Origin: Octopus sinensis
Lineage: Eukaryota
NCBI RefSeq assembly: GCF_006345805.1
Contig: NC_043005.1
Coordinates: 1,116,001 to 1,180,000 of the forward strand
Direction of reading: 5' to 3'
Length of the DNA stretch: 64,000 nt
The notes below the pieces were generated by a model. It had not been told where the DNA came from. It did no database searches and saw nothing but the letters and a program-made list of their open reading frames with translations. The translations under genes and the position numbers were made by a program. Of the stretch, positions 26,380-39,749 are shown piece after piece. The stretch's first letter is position 1, and the number at the start of each line of letters is the position of its first letter.

Positions 26380-27960
26380 AAATGCTCAAAGGATCTTTCT
26401 CTTGTTAGTCACTTGGTAACCATGTCTCGTTCCATTTTGAAAACATCTACTCCAGCTTATGCAGATTTCTTAATTTTTGTAGCAGGGCATTGAAGAAATT
26501 AGGGGCCATTGAACCATAGACTACCTCAGTACCTGATACTGAATTTAGATGGAGTGGATGCTACCTTTGATACAATACAATGCTGGCCAGTTCTGGCAGT
26601 TGTATAACATTCAATGCCGAAATTAGGTACTAGCCCTTCTAGAGTTTTCCATATGCAGATTATTACGTAACGGCCGTGCCTTTGCTCTAAGGAGTAAAGT
26701 TGCATGTTTGTCTCAGCCTATGCTTGTAGCCATCCACTGCACTGTTTCAATCCTTTTAGTGGTGTTGGACTGTTTCAAGCTCCGCTGTTAGTTTGGCACT
26801 ATGTGGTGACCATAACTGGGAGCAGTAGTCCAGGTGGCTGAGAACAAAGGTTCTCCACAGGGTCAACTTAGTTTCTTGGTCTCTTGTCTTGAAAGACCTC
26901 AATATCCATCCTACCAGTTATCTGCACTTTGCTGCCATCTTGCTAATGTGCATATAAAATGATGTGTTATTGCACATACTAATCCCCAAGTCTTTCACTG
27001 CCTCTGACTCTGGGATTGTAGTGCCTTTGGGTCCTCTATATGCAGGCTGTAGTGCATTCATGAGTTGATAGTGCAGTGATTGAAACTTTCCAGTATTAAA
27101 CTGCATGTTGTTTATTTCAGCCCACTTGTGCAGGAAATTCAGGTCCTGCTGTAAGCTTGCGACGTTATCTTAATTTTTTTATTGCCTATGATCATTTTGT
27201 ATTATTAGCATAGCTAGGGACAGTGGCTGTCTGAGTGACTGTGGGCATGTCTAAGAAAACTATTATGAACAGTAATGGCTCCAGAACAGTTAGGATTTGA
27301 GTTTCCTCAGAAAGGGCACCATTGGTTGCAACTGCGTGACTTCAGTCTCTGAGGAAGTCATGCAGCCACTCTCTCAGTTTATCAGCAATGCCAAGGTCTC
27401 ACAGCTTACGACATATCATGCCATGATCTACTTGATCAAATGTCTTTTCAAAGTAAAAGTATATCATGCTGATATCCGAACGGTCAAGTAGCTGTTTGAA
27501 AATCCAGTCATAGTACTATAGGAGTTCTGGATGAAAGCCATGCTGTGCATTGTTCAGTAGATCATTTTCTTCTAGGAACATTATTAACCTCTTTCTGATG
27601 ATCTACCAAATAACTTGACTGATATGCGAAGTCAGAGAGATTGGCCTGTAGTTTTTGGCCTCTGGTTGCTTCCACCTTTGTGGACATGGCATATAATGCC
27701 TTCTTTTAGCTTTTTAAGAAGTTTACCACTTACAAGGAAACTTTGGAATATCTGAAGTGGTTTCCTTAAAGTGTGCTTACATGGTTTCAGCAGAATAGCT
27801 GGAAAGCCATCAGGACCAGTTGCGGAGCCTGAGCTAATTTCATCAATGGCTGCTGATACCACTGTCTTCTCAATGCTGATGTAATTGATGGTTGGTGCCT
27901 CTCTTTTTAGAGATGCAATATTAAAAATTCAGGCAGGTTTTTTCATCAGCATGTCTCCAA
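26380..27960 (-). mobile_element. Degenerate CR1/L2-like LINE RT
   Basis: SATGPDGFP...KEGIICHVHKGG and MQFNTGKFQ...VKDLGI fragments; many stops. Confidence 0.8.
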
Positions 27961-27997
27961 GAGGTGAAGTAAAGACTCTTCTAAATTATATAACTTT

Positions 27998-28365
27998 GGT
28001 TCCAGGTTCAGTCCCCCTGCGTGGTACTTTGGGCAAGTGTCTTCTGCTACAGCCTTGGGCTGACCAAAGCCTTGTGAGTGGAAACTGAAAGAAGCCCGTT
28101 GTATATGTGTGCTTAGCACCTTGTGGGTAGTAAAGAAATATGTACATGTGTGTGTGTATCTGTGTTTGTCCCGTCACTGGTGCGTGACAACTGATGTTGG
28201 TGTGTTTACGTACCCGTACCTTAGTGGTTCGGCAAAAGAGACTGAGAAAATAAGTACTTTGCTTACAAAGAATTAGTCCTAGGGGCAATTTGTGCGACTA
28301 AAGACAGTGCTCCAGCATGGCCGCAGTCAAATGACTGAAACAAGTAAAAGAGTAAAAGAAAAAGA
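27998..28365 (+). mobile_element. SINE family A, near-complete copy
   Basis: B-box ggttcagtcc, central microsatellite-like region, 3' gactgaaacaagtaaaagagtaaaag. Confidence 0.85.
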
Positions 28366-28375
28366 ATATATATAA

Positions 28376-28411
<36 letters not shown>

Positions 28412-28429
28412 CATACACACATATCATCA

Positions 28430-29825
28430 TCATCATCATCTTCATTGTCATTTAACATCTGCATTGCATGCTGGCATAGGTTTGATGGTTTGACTGAGAG
28501 CTGCCAAGCCAGAAGGCTGCACCAGGCTCCAATGCAATCAGGCAGAATTTCTACAGCTGCATATCCTTCCTAACACCAACCACTCTAAAAGTGTAGTGGC
28601 TGCTTTTTATGTGCCACTGGCAGGAGGGCCATCAGGCGGTACAGGCATCGACCATCCTTAAATGGTGCTTTTTATGTGCCACCGGCATAGGACCGGCCAA
28701 CTGGCAGTGATATCGACCACACTCGAATGGTGCTTTTTTTATGTGTCACCAGCATGGGTGCCAATCAGGCTGTACTGTCATCAGCCACGACAACAATTTC
28801 ACTTGCCTCCACAGGTCTTCGCAAGCGCAGTTTATTGCCCAATGATTGAAGGGTACTCTTAAGTGGGCCAGTTATGCTGCACTGGCATAGGCCACGGTTA
28901 CAGTCTCACTTGGCTTGCCAGGTCTTCTCAAGCACAGCATGTTTCCAAAGGTCTCAGTCACTAGTCATTGCCTCTGTGAGGCCCAGCATTCGAAGGTCAT
29001 GCTTCACCACCTCATCCCAGGTCTTTCTGGGTCTACCTCTTCCACAGATTCCCTCAATCCCTCAACTGCTAGGGTGTGACACTTTTTTCCACAGCTGTCC
29101 TCATCCATACACAACACATGACCATACCAGTGCAGTCGTCTCTTTTGCACATCACATCTCATGCTTCTTATGTCCAACTTTACTCTCAGGGTGCTTACAC
29201 TCTGTCGAGTATGCACACTGACATTATACATCCAGTGGAGCATACTAGCTTCATTCCTTGCAAGCTTACGCATGTCCTCAGCAGTCACGGCCCATGTTTC
29301 ACCTTTTACTCTGAGCAAGAGGCCCTTTGTCACCAGCAGAAGTAGAAGCTCTCTGAAGTTTGCCCAGGCTATTCTTATTCTAGCAGCTACACTCTTAGAG
29401 CATCCATTCCCACTACTGACTTGGTCACCTAGGTAATGGAAGCTATCAACTACTTGTAGTATTTTCCACAGGTATGTGATGGAAGTTGTTTTCTGCACAT
29501 TTTCAGTGTTTATTGCTCCTGAGCATCTGCCACATAAAAAAAAAACTATCTTCCCAGTTTGCCTTCCTTTGATATTGCTGCACCTCTTATGTGTCCATAA
29601 CTTACACCAGGTACATCTTATACAGTTTCTACCTATGCCTTTTCTACAGATTGAGCAGGGCCATCTACTGGAAGGGATTTGTGGTTTGTCTGCCTTCCTA
29701 CTTATTAAGACCTTGGTTTTTGCTAGATTGACACTGAGGCCCTTCGATTCTAGACCTTGCATCCACACATGAAACTTCTCATCTAGTTCTAAGAGTGACT
29801 CAGCTATTAGAGCAAGGTCATCATA
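28430..29825 (-). mobile_element. 5'-truncated RTE LINE
   Basis: DDLALIAESL...WPCSICRKG...LHWYGHV and the same 3'UTR, inverted relative to 16411-18930. Confidence 0.92.
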
Positions 29826-29842
29826 TATATATGTGATGTGTT

Positions 29843-29879
<37 letters not shown>

Positions 29880-29948
29880 GAATACATATATATAGAGATA
29901 CATTATATATAATATACGCCTGGTGCAGCCATCTGGTTCACCAGTCCT

Positions 29949-29996
29949 CAGTCAAATGGTCCAACCCATGCTAGCATGGGTTGGACGATTTGACTG
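29949..29996. repeat. 48-bp near-perfect palindrome built from the RTE 3' tail
   Basis: Perfect 28-bp core gtccaacccatgctagcatgggttggac (29959-29986); one mismatched pair, then 9 more pairs. Confidence 0.9.
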
Positions 29997-30004
29997 GCAC
30001 TTGG

Positions 30005-30990
30005 TGAAGAATTGAGTTTGATATAGCTACCCTCATTTACACCTCTTGCTGTGAGGTAGGTTCATCTGGGACTCTCGACAGGAAAAGGTCCTGCTTTGAT
30101 TTAAAAACCCCTACATCTACCTTGTGGAAGTTCCTCAGACTCTTTGGGAGAATATTAAAAAGCTGTGGGCCCTTGAAATCCAGGCTGTTGCAGTAACTGG
30201 TCCTGAAGCACAATGGCGTTGCTGGGATCTTTGGCACTATGCAGTGTTGTCCCATTCTGGCATTGGTGTAGCTTTCAATGGGCATATTATTCCCTCCTTC
30301 AGCTTGCTTGGCAGTTTGCCATTTGTAAGAAAGCTCTGGAAGAGAATTTTGAGGGGCTTTACCAGGACATGCTTCCACGATGTAAGGAGGACTGCTGGGA
30401 AACCATCAGGACCAGCAGTTGAGTTTGTGTCCACTTCATCTATGGCTAGTAGTATATCTTCTTCGCTAATGTCAATGTATTGCATTGTAACTGCTTCACT
30501 GGTTATAGGTGAGGTGGCAAAGAAGTCCACTGGTTCATTCATTTGTCTGTGTTCCAACGGAGTGATAAAGACACTTTTGAACTGGTCATTCAGTATCTCA
30601 CTGATCTTAGTTGGACTGTCTGTGAGGGAGCCATCCTTTTGGAGGAGGGGTCCTGTCTTGCAGTGTACTGAAGCTGTTTCTTTCGCATAATGAAAGAAGG
30701 CCTTTGGGTTTGACTTAAGGTTTTTTATAACCCAGGCTTCTTTGTCTGCTTTCTCCCTCACATCGGATTGTTGCAGCCTTTTTTCGATCTCCATCAGTGT
30801 TGTCTTTAGGCGGGACATTTCGCTACTTTTGGGATGTTGGTTGAGTTGATTTGCAACCTTCATCCGTTGTCTCATGAGGATCTTCCTCTCCCTTGGAATC
30901 TTGTTCCTATTTGTTTTGGTCGTGTGCTCTGGGACATATTTCTGGCATATGGCTTGCACAACAGACACAAAACATTCTAGTTTCACGTCA
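30005..30990 (-). mobile_element. CR1/L2-like LINE with internal deletion of the RT core
   Basis: NPKAFFHY...AGPDGFP...KEGIICP is joined directly to the C-terminal IESYTNARMGQHCIVPK...KGPQLFN near 30275. Confidence 0.82.
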
Positions 30991-30993
30991 TTA

Positions 30994-31024
<31 letters not shown>

Positions 31025-31080
31025 TGTACTTGTTTCAGTCATTTGACTGCGGCCATGCTGGAGCACCGCCTTTAGAGTGG

Positions 31081-31239
31081 TGAAAGAGTACAGCAGGGAT
31101 CACCACCTCCTGCCGGAGCCTCGTGGAGCTTTTAGGTGTTTTTTTCGCTCAATAAACACACACAACGCCCGGTCTGGGAATCGAAACCGCGATCCTCCGA
31201 CCGCAAGTCCGCTGCCCTAACCACTAGGCCATTGCGCCT

Positions 31240-31241
<2 letters not shown>
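31081..31241 (-). mobile_element. Young, CpG-rich tRNA-derived SINE (family E)
   Basis: GGCGCAATGGCCTAGTGGTTAGGGC...GGTTTCGATTCCC A/B boxes followed by a non-tRNA body; starts at a (TA)n tract. Confidence 0.75.
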
Positions 31242-31294
<53 letters not shown>

Positions 31295-31343
31295 GCATAC
31301 ATATACATATATACATAAAGATAACAAAGTGAAGTTGGAAATA

Positions 31344-31719
31344 TATATGAATGAAGGTTTGAAAATGCAATTTTAAAAGATGTTTATTCACTTGACCGGT
31401 TTCACTTTTTTAGAAAAAGATTGTCAAAAGTAAAATGCAAAAGCTTTGTTGTATTAAGTACTGGTTGTCACAAAATATTACAATACATATATACATTCTT
31501 TGATAATAAGAAAATGCTAAAAACAGTTTACAAGGAAAAATCTAGAGAAAATATTAAAAAGTTTATTAAAAATATTAGGATTTCATAAAAAATAAGATTG
31601 TCAAAAGTAAAATTTGAAAGCTTTTACATTTTACTTCTGACAATCTTTTCCTAAAAAAGTGAAACCGGTCAAGTGAATAGACATCTTTTAAAACTGCATT
31701 TTCAAACCTTCTTCCATAT

Positions 31720-31720
<1 letters not shown>
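31344..31720. mobile_element. MITE/foldback element with ~100-bp terminal inverted repeats
   Basis: gaaggtttgaaaatgca...cacttgaccggtttcac versus gtgaaaccggtcaagtg...tgcattttcaaaccttc. Confidence 0.8.
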
Positions 31721-31721
<1 letters not shown>

Positions 31722-31786
<65 letters not shown>

Positions 31787-31798
31787 TATACACACACA

Positions 31799-31872
<74 letters not shown>

Positions 31873-31900
31873 CATACATATATGTATATATATGTGTGTG
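31722..31900. repeat. Long compound (TA)n microsatellite, representative of many (TA)n, (CA)n, (GA)n and (TAA)n tracts
   Basis: Directly visible; similar tracts at 21283, 32730, 36320, 37560, 39690, 42755 and 61615. Confidence 0.95.
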
Positions 31901-31902
31901 TG

Positions 31903-32550
31903 TATCATAAGGGTACACGAAGCATCTACCTGCTAGAAAGTGGAGTGAAAAGCCTTAACCACCAATGACACTGAAAAATTCAACAGATAGCAACAGTTGT
32001 TAGGCAAATGAGCAAAAAAAAAAAAAACTTTGGCATACCATCACAACTTAATACTATATAGTTTGGTGTTTAGATATACTTGCATCATGATTTCAAGTTT
32101 TGGCGAAAAACCTTAACTCTCTTCAGCAAGTCTTACCATATTGTTGTTGTTATCAATTTATATTTATCACAGATAGTAGTAACAATAATAATATCTTTAC
32201 AAAATATTTGCTTTTGAATATTTTACTGCTTATTAGAAATATTTTTGCACTGAATTTGTTACGAAACAATTCAGAATGCCCAGCAGACTTCAATGCGATA
32301 ATTTGAACTTTTCATTTGTTAAGACTTGCTGAAGAGAGTTAAGATTTCTTGCCAAAACACCAAATCATGATGCAAGTGTATCCAAACACCAAATGATATA
32401 ATATTAAGCTGTGATGGTATGTCAACATTTTTTTGCTTGGTTGCCTGACAACTGTTGTTATCTGTAGAATCTTTCAGAGTCATTGGTGGTTAAGTTCAGA
32501 ATATTAACTCTACTTTCTAGTAGGTAGGCACTTCACGTGCCCTTATGATA
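31903..32550. mobile_element. Foldback/MITE with ~235-bp inverted arms
   Basis: Ends tatcataaggg / cccttatgata; arms 31903-32138 and 32316-32550 align as reverse complements. Confidence 0.8.
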
Positions 32551-32730
32551 AATATAAATTTTAATTGCATAGCTATCTAATGCTATTAATGCCTGCAGCC
32601 TCCCATATTATTGTTGTTATTATCAATTTATATTTACCACAAATAGTAATAACAATAATAATATTTTTATAAATATTCACTCCATAGTATATGGATATGT
32701 GAGTGTGTGTGTATGTATATGTACATATAC

Positions 32731-32803
<73 letters not shown>

Positions 32804-33232
32804 AGTGATTCTCATCATTATTGTTCAGCAAGTGTCCATAGTAAATCCAAACTGAAATATCAGTGAATTCTTGATGATTTCTCTACCACTGTCTGCAGAG
32901 TTAAAATAACGAGGAGCATATTGTCAGGATCCCAGTAACAGTTGGTCTCTAACATTTTGGGAAATGTTTCCAATGTAAGGAATAATGGTAACAGCTTGTA
33001 ATCTTCTGCCTAAGTTTTACAAAAGTCATACAATTCTCCTTATCTAACCTCAATGTGACCACTACTGCTTGACAACTAATCAATTACAGAATGTTGAAGT
33101 TAAACAAACTACCAATTCTTTTGCCAAGCCGACACAGGTAAATGAGTGAGTGACAATATTCTAGATACCAGGATTCAAGCTTCACCTAATTTGACCCAAG
33201 ATAGAGTTCATTAATTAATAACAATAATAATA

Positions 33233-33740
33233 ACTAGACAGTAACTCTCCTGGCTTCTGATCTTCACTGATTGGATGTGTTATCATGTACATTGCTTTGT
33301 CTTGGTATAAAAGATGGGCTACAGCAAATATTCTGCTCAATACCACAGATTTGCTTGTTAGTTGTTTGACCTTAAACAGTTGACCATGTCCCTTAGTGGC
33401 TGACGATATGTGCATCTCTGATCACGAGCAGAAGTAGTGGGGGAGCATCATAGCCATGTGTTGAGAGGGATTCTTTGGGGTTTGAATAATTCACTCTTGG
33501 AAACATGGGTACTTTGCTCAACATCCTTAAACAAACCTTATTCAGGAACCTTTTGAGTGGGATGGGCTACTCGACCTGAAGAAAATTCTAACTAGGCCCA
33601 CCTACAAGGTCACCATGTTGTACACATATGGTTGTGATGCATCTACCTGGTGTACCTTTATCAGATGGGTATATTGGGTTTCATATATTTGTACCCCAAT
33701 ATCACTTTGATGGCATGTGCTGCTCTCTCACTCAATAATA
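33233..33740 (+). mobile_element. Family C element
   Basis: Reverse complement of 6190-6736; TAA-rich flanks. Confidence 0.85.
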
Positions 33741-33754
33741 ACAACAACTTCTAG

Positions 33755-34020
33755 CATAGGCACAAGTCAGAAATTTTGAGGGAAAATTTCAGTAATAATA
33801 ATTATAATAATGGTTTCAAATTTTGGCACAAGGCCAGCAATTTTAAGAGAAAGAGTAAGTCAGTTACATTGACCCCAGTGCTGGATTGATACTTATTTTA
33901 CTGAGGATGACAAGAAAAGTCGACCTCAGTGACATTTGAACTCAGAACATGAAAAGCTGGCAGAAATGCTGCCAGGCGTTTTATCTGATCGGCTAATGAC
34001 TCAGTCAACTCACCAACAGT
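33755..34020 (-). mobile_element. SINE family B (one copy plus a 3' fragment)
   Basis: aaaagtcgacctcagtgacatttgaactcagaac core on the reverse strand. Confidence 0.7.
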
Positions 34021-36319
34021 GATTATTAGAACAGCTTTGTCTAAAATTGCAAATATGAGAGAGTCATAATTTCTAAATATTGTAGCAGAGTATGTTTTGG
34101 TTGCTGCAACTAAAGCCTCATCCTGCAGTGATGCTAAAGACAAACTTGCCGACTCTACTTCATGAGAGGGATTGGGTCCAGTGCTGCAAGCTACTTACAA
34201 TTGAGTACTGTACTTTCTCATAAGCCTTACATAATTAAGTAACCTTAAACAAAAAAATCTAAGAGTATAATGCAATATTTGGGCATATGGGCCTTACAGT
34301 TAGTTGTCCTATTCACATTGTCAACTCTAACAGACACATATACAACATCTAGTTAGGCACTGATTGCCCGGCACAAGTTGCACAAATATCATTTAGCAAT
34401 AAGATTTAATGCTTTCTCTCTCTCTTTTGTTTTTCTTTTCTTCTATTTTTTTTTTTTTAAACCCCAGAGGCATAATATCTACAAAGCTATCTACAAAGCT
34501 TAATTTTGCACTACAGGAGAGAAGATCAAAAACATACATTTATAGTTAGTATCAACTAAATGGAAAAGAAAATGACTAATTGCATGCATAAGAGATGCAC
34601 CTATTGAAGACCTGATCTAGAATCCTCAAAAGAGAAAATGCAGTTACAAAAGATCTGCACATAACTGTTCAATGGAGATGCAGTTAATGAAGGCCTGCAT
34701 GGTTCTTCATTCAAGATGCAATGAATAAAAAATCTTTTAGAAAAATGTAATTGAAATCTACAAACAAAATATGTTTGAGTTATTAATTTTGTGTGATGAA
34801 AGGTGTGTCAGGATGAGCCAGTGGAAGGGCAACTGATCCTGTTGCAAAGATGTGAATGTATGGTATGACCATACTGTCAAAATGTGAAGAAGTGATCCAG
34901 TGCTGTGGTGGTGAGAAAAGGTAAGGTGATCAATTCTGAAAGACGGGGTGTAATCAAGTGATGAGGTAATCTTACAGCAACGATGTGATGTTGTAATGAG
35001 GTGAGGAGCCATCAAGACACGAAGAAGAGATGAATCAATGATGTGTTGAAGTTGAATGACAAACAGGAGCAATGTTAATTTGTTTTGATGAAGTAGACAA
35101 GTCACCACAGTTATTGGTGTAGACTTAAACAGTGAGACCCAAGGAAATAGTACTTGAGAGAGAAAAGATTAAGTTAATCTGTACAGAGGCAGCAGGGTGA
35201 GGAAAAAGAATGAAGAAAAGGACAAGCCGAGGTCAACTTAGAGAGTGAGAGGGAAAATTGCAGAGACTGAATAAATAGTGAGAGAGAGAGAGAGAATAAG
35301 AAAGAAAAAGAAATATCCAGAAAGGATGATTTTGAAGAGGAGAGATGGTATACAACCCTTAGTACAGGGGCTTAACAATAAGCAGCAAACTCCAAACTGC
35401 AAACAGTTACTGCACTTAAACCAAAACCAACAACCCTCACCCACTGCAATACTTGTGATGTAAATAGAGCTAAAAACTGTTAAAGGTGTAAATTACTGGA
35501 TCACAAATGACTGACAACAATATTTAAAAAGAAAAAAAAAGGATGTTATTGATGGATGGTCATGTCTTTGCAATTGAAATTTTATGAGACTGAAAGAAAT
35601 ACAAATTACAAATTGATTCAATACATCATGTCCACACACACACACATGCTTTTATAAAAGTGTGTGTGCGCACAAACACACACGCACACACACACCGTAC
35701 TATTACACATACATTCTGAAAACATGGAGCTTAAGTAAGACATTTACATTATTTTGAGAAAAAAAAGTTAATAAACAAAAACAAGCAAGACAATTAATAT
35801 AATGAGTAGGAAAGGCAATTAGTACAACATCAGCTTCACACTGAGCAGCAGCAGTAGCAGCAGCAGTCATGTTAGCAAACACTGCTATGTAGGAAATGCT
35901 CTAATTTAGCCAAAACTTTAGCCATCTAGTCTAGAATAATACATTTTGTTTGTGAGTTGCCTTCTTTTTCACCTGGAAAACCCCAGAAAGCTAAGAGACT
36001 GAAAGTGGGTGGGGCAAGAGGAAGAAAGGAGGACAGAGAATCTAAAAGGCAACCACAGCTTCCATCTTTAAGAATAATGAACAACTTCAATTAAATTTGT
36101 TTAGACTTTTCTTTCTTTTAAAAGGTAATTTGCATGGGTCACACCCCAGTTCAGAAACTAGTATGTTAGTTGTAGATAGAAGCCAAGAAGTACAAGGCAC
36201 AATAAAGTATCTCAGATGACTGGTGGTAAGCAGGAATTGTTCTCTGAGGTTTTAGAGAGAAATAGTAATTACAAAAGGGAAAAGGCAACACACTAAATGT
36301 GCATGTGTGGGTGTGTGAG

Positions 36320-36353
<34 letters not shown>

Positions 36354-36375
36354 ATATTATATATACATATATATA

Positions 36376-36406
<31 letters not shown>

Positions 36407-37561
36407 CAAATATACATATATACAAGCACACACACACACACACACATAGAAGCTTTAAATAAACCAACAAAAAATAAATAAGAGGGTGTAAAAAAAAAGG
36501 TGACTAAGGCCAACCAAATAAACAAAGAAACCAGGTAGAGTAATGGGTGCAGGTGCGAAATTATGTTTTGGAGGGGATGAATAGGTAAAATATGAAAAAA
36601 GAGAACTAAGCTTTTCTCCTATCTTTTAAGTTTTTAAGGCTATTCTACAGAAATTACAAAGTTACATACTTTCATTTTTGAAGAATAATTGATTGAATAT
36701 TTTACATCAGTAATAAAGATGGACAATCTTTTAAGAATAAAGTTTTCTAAACCTTACTCAAAATCATTCTCTCACTAGCTCAAATCTGTATTTTAAAATT
36801 AATTAAGAGTTGAGTATTTATTCATTATTAGCAATACAAGGTTTATTTTTTTAACATAATAAAATAGAAATGAGCAACCTGACAGGTCTTCTACCAGCTC
36901 ACATGATCTTGTTTTAATGTTATCCTAAGACACCCACTGAGCCTACATTTCCAAATGCTAGCCAGCAAGCAAAGGGCTTTAGCTGACATGAAAAGGACTC
37001 CTTTCACTGTTGTCACCATTCAATACTCCTATTATAGTTTAATATCCATTTTATTACATGGCTAGAATTTATTTGGAACCTTTTTTAAGGACATTTTGCA
37101 TCCAGGCTCCTATTTTGACTAGAACCCTTTCTAATATAGAAACAGAAATTACATTTCACACAATTGGCCACACTGGATAGGGAGAAAATATGCTTCATTT
37201 CATATAGTGGTCCCTTTGCAGGAATAGTGATCATGTTAAAATATACTTTGATTAGTTACTTAACTACTCGTGACAAGTCCAACAGGGCAGTTTGAACCTG
37301 AAATACTTGACTTAAACGTTTGACAATTTCAAAAGAAAGATACATTTAATAAGCACTTAATATATATATATATATATAAAATATTATTAGAGACAAAACC
37401 ACTATTTTGCAAAACAAACAAGGAAAGACTTAATCAATACATAAAATTTTAATAAATAGTCAAAAAAACCGCCACTACTAATAATATTTTATAATATTTT
37501 ACTATAAAATTGGATTTAATCCTAAATCTGATTTTTTTCCTGTAAATTTGGATTTATTCCC

Positions 37562-37619
<58 letters not shown>

Positions 37620-39391
37620 AGGCCATTCTTAAAAGTTGATAGTAAATCCTTTACATTTAAGGTCTCTGTATCTTTAAAAGTTCACCCAAATTCAAACCAT
37701 TTAAACAGGATTCTTTGTAAATTTCCATATGTCATCAAAATCAAGGGATACTAACCAACAGGAAACAAGAATAGTGATTAAACTTAAAATGTTAGATAAC
37801 CTGTCTATCAAGAGTTACCGTATTTGCTGGTATCCTATAGATGCACTCTTGCATAAGACACCCCTATTTTACAAAACTATTTTGTGAAAGAAAAGGGAAA
37901 AAACCCCAAAGATTTACTGTTTCATCCAATACTTATTGAAAGATATTTTAAAGTTATTTTGTAAGGGAAAATAAATACGATTCTTTGCAATACTGTGACA
38001 GTAAACTAGAATAAGGTATGACAGCATACATTTATCATATGTAAACTATGTTATTTGAGTATAATGTTTAAATTTAATCTTCTTTCAGATCAAGTGTTTA
38101 GTTGTTTATATTTGGGTCAAGATAATTGCCATACAGGATATAAAACTCAGATTTTTTGCTCTGATGTCTTATGTTAGCAGGATCAGTCACCAGGTTGGTT
38201 CACCACTGGCAATGCTCTTTTTTTGTTTTTGTTTTTGCTGTCATCCACTCATTGCTAATAGCTGACAGGTGTCTGAAGGCTTGTTAACACTCCCTTTATC
38301 TTTCTAGAATTAAAAAAAAAAAGAAATGTTTCTTAAAGGTAAGACAGTCATCAAATATTGCAAAGCACATATCAGATGTGGATTATGTCTGCTGGGGAAG
38401 GCGGTATAATTAAATGATATACCATAAGCGATATTTTGTATGTTTGTGCTTACATAGTCTGTGATATATAGGTTTATTTTCAATAATTTATTATTTGTAA
38501 CAATTATTGTGCTTCGTGGACTCGTGCTAATCCAGCTCCTTCCAACACTCGTTTTCTCATCCATAATATGGATGCAGAATAACATTTTGCTACATTTCAA
38601 AGTAAAGCAAAGCACATCTTAGATGCTGGCAAAAACATTTCTGGTAAAGAGTAACATTTGTCATGTCTAACTTGGAACTGATCCATGAATTATGTGATTA
38701 AAATAAGCAATTTGCTAATTCGTTAGTGATGGACAAACCCAATCAGTTGGAGAGATTCTGGTTTTTGAGGAAAGTTTCTAATTTAGATGTTGTATTCATG
38801 CTGAAGAAACTGATCGCTAAATTTTAAAGAGATTCTTAATTATATAATCTATATAACAATCCTTTAATCATCCACCTTCTAAATAATGCATGTAAGATTT
38901 AATTAAATCAATTAAGTAGTACTGCAGTGAGGAGCAATCTGCCCTTATCCTTAAAGCTTAGATATTACCAACACTTAAAGAGACCATGCCTTCAGTTGAG
39001 ATCTACAGTCCTGAGTTATAAATTATTCCCACTTAAATCAGTCCCAACTAACTTTATTTATAACTGACCCCTTATAATTAAAAGATAAGGAATCAAAATG
39101 ACAAAAGTAAGATTTAAAAAACAGAAATAAGACAAATGAAAACTGGAATGAAATAAAAAAAAAAACCAAAGAAATGATTTCACAATAAAATAAGATTAAA
39201 ATTAACTGCAAGTCAAACTTTCCATTAAATAATAAATCGTTGCTAAAGAGAGAAAGGTTTCAGATTCTACAGTGCAATATCTCACTGTCTTTTATCTCAG
39301 TAGGGCTGGTCATTTAAAGATTTGTAATCGTTCAGTTATCCAGGACAGCCCTAAGCAATGAGATCAAAATGTGTTTTAGCCATGAACATTT

Positions 39392-39425
<34 letters not shown>

Positions 39426-39648
39426 CACAGATGTTCACTGTGTCCTTCCTTTTCAAAACAGTAGGATGTTATTTGAGAGATCAAACTATTATTTATAACA
39501 GGTCAGGTGACTACATATAGGTTTCCTTTGCTGGCTTAATGACTAGTTTAATATTGCGGTTGAATAAATTGACCTGACCAGGTGAAGAATTACAGGTATC
39601 AATATATCTGCATAAACTGGTATATTACTTCTGAAATGTGCGCATGTA

Positions 39649-39679
<31 letters not shown>

Positions 39680-39692
39680 ATCTATCTATCTA

Positions 39693-39749
<57 letters not shown>

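Noticed and set aside
31160-31241. Possible tRNA gene
   Set aside because: The acceptor and anticodon stems do not pair properly and the sequence continues into a SINE body.
31575-31936. YI/IY-repeat ORFs (also 36299, 37548, 39638, 42687, 61228, 61523)
   Set aside because: Translations of (TA)n, (CA)n or (TAA)n microsatellites.
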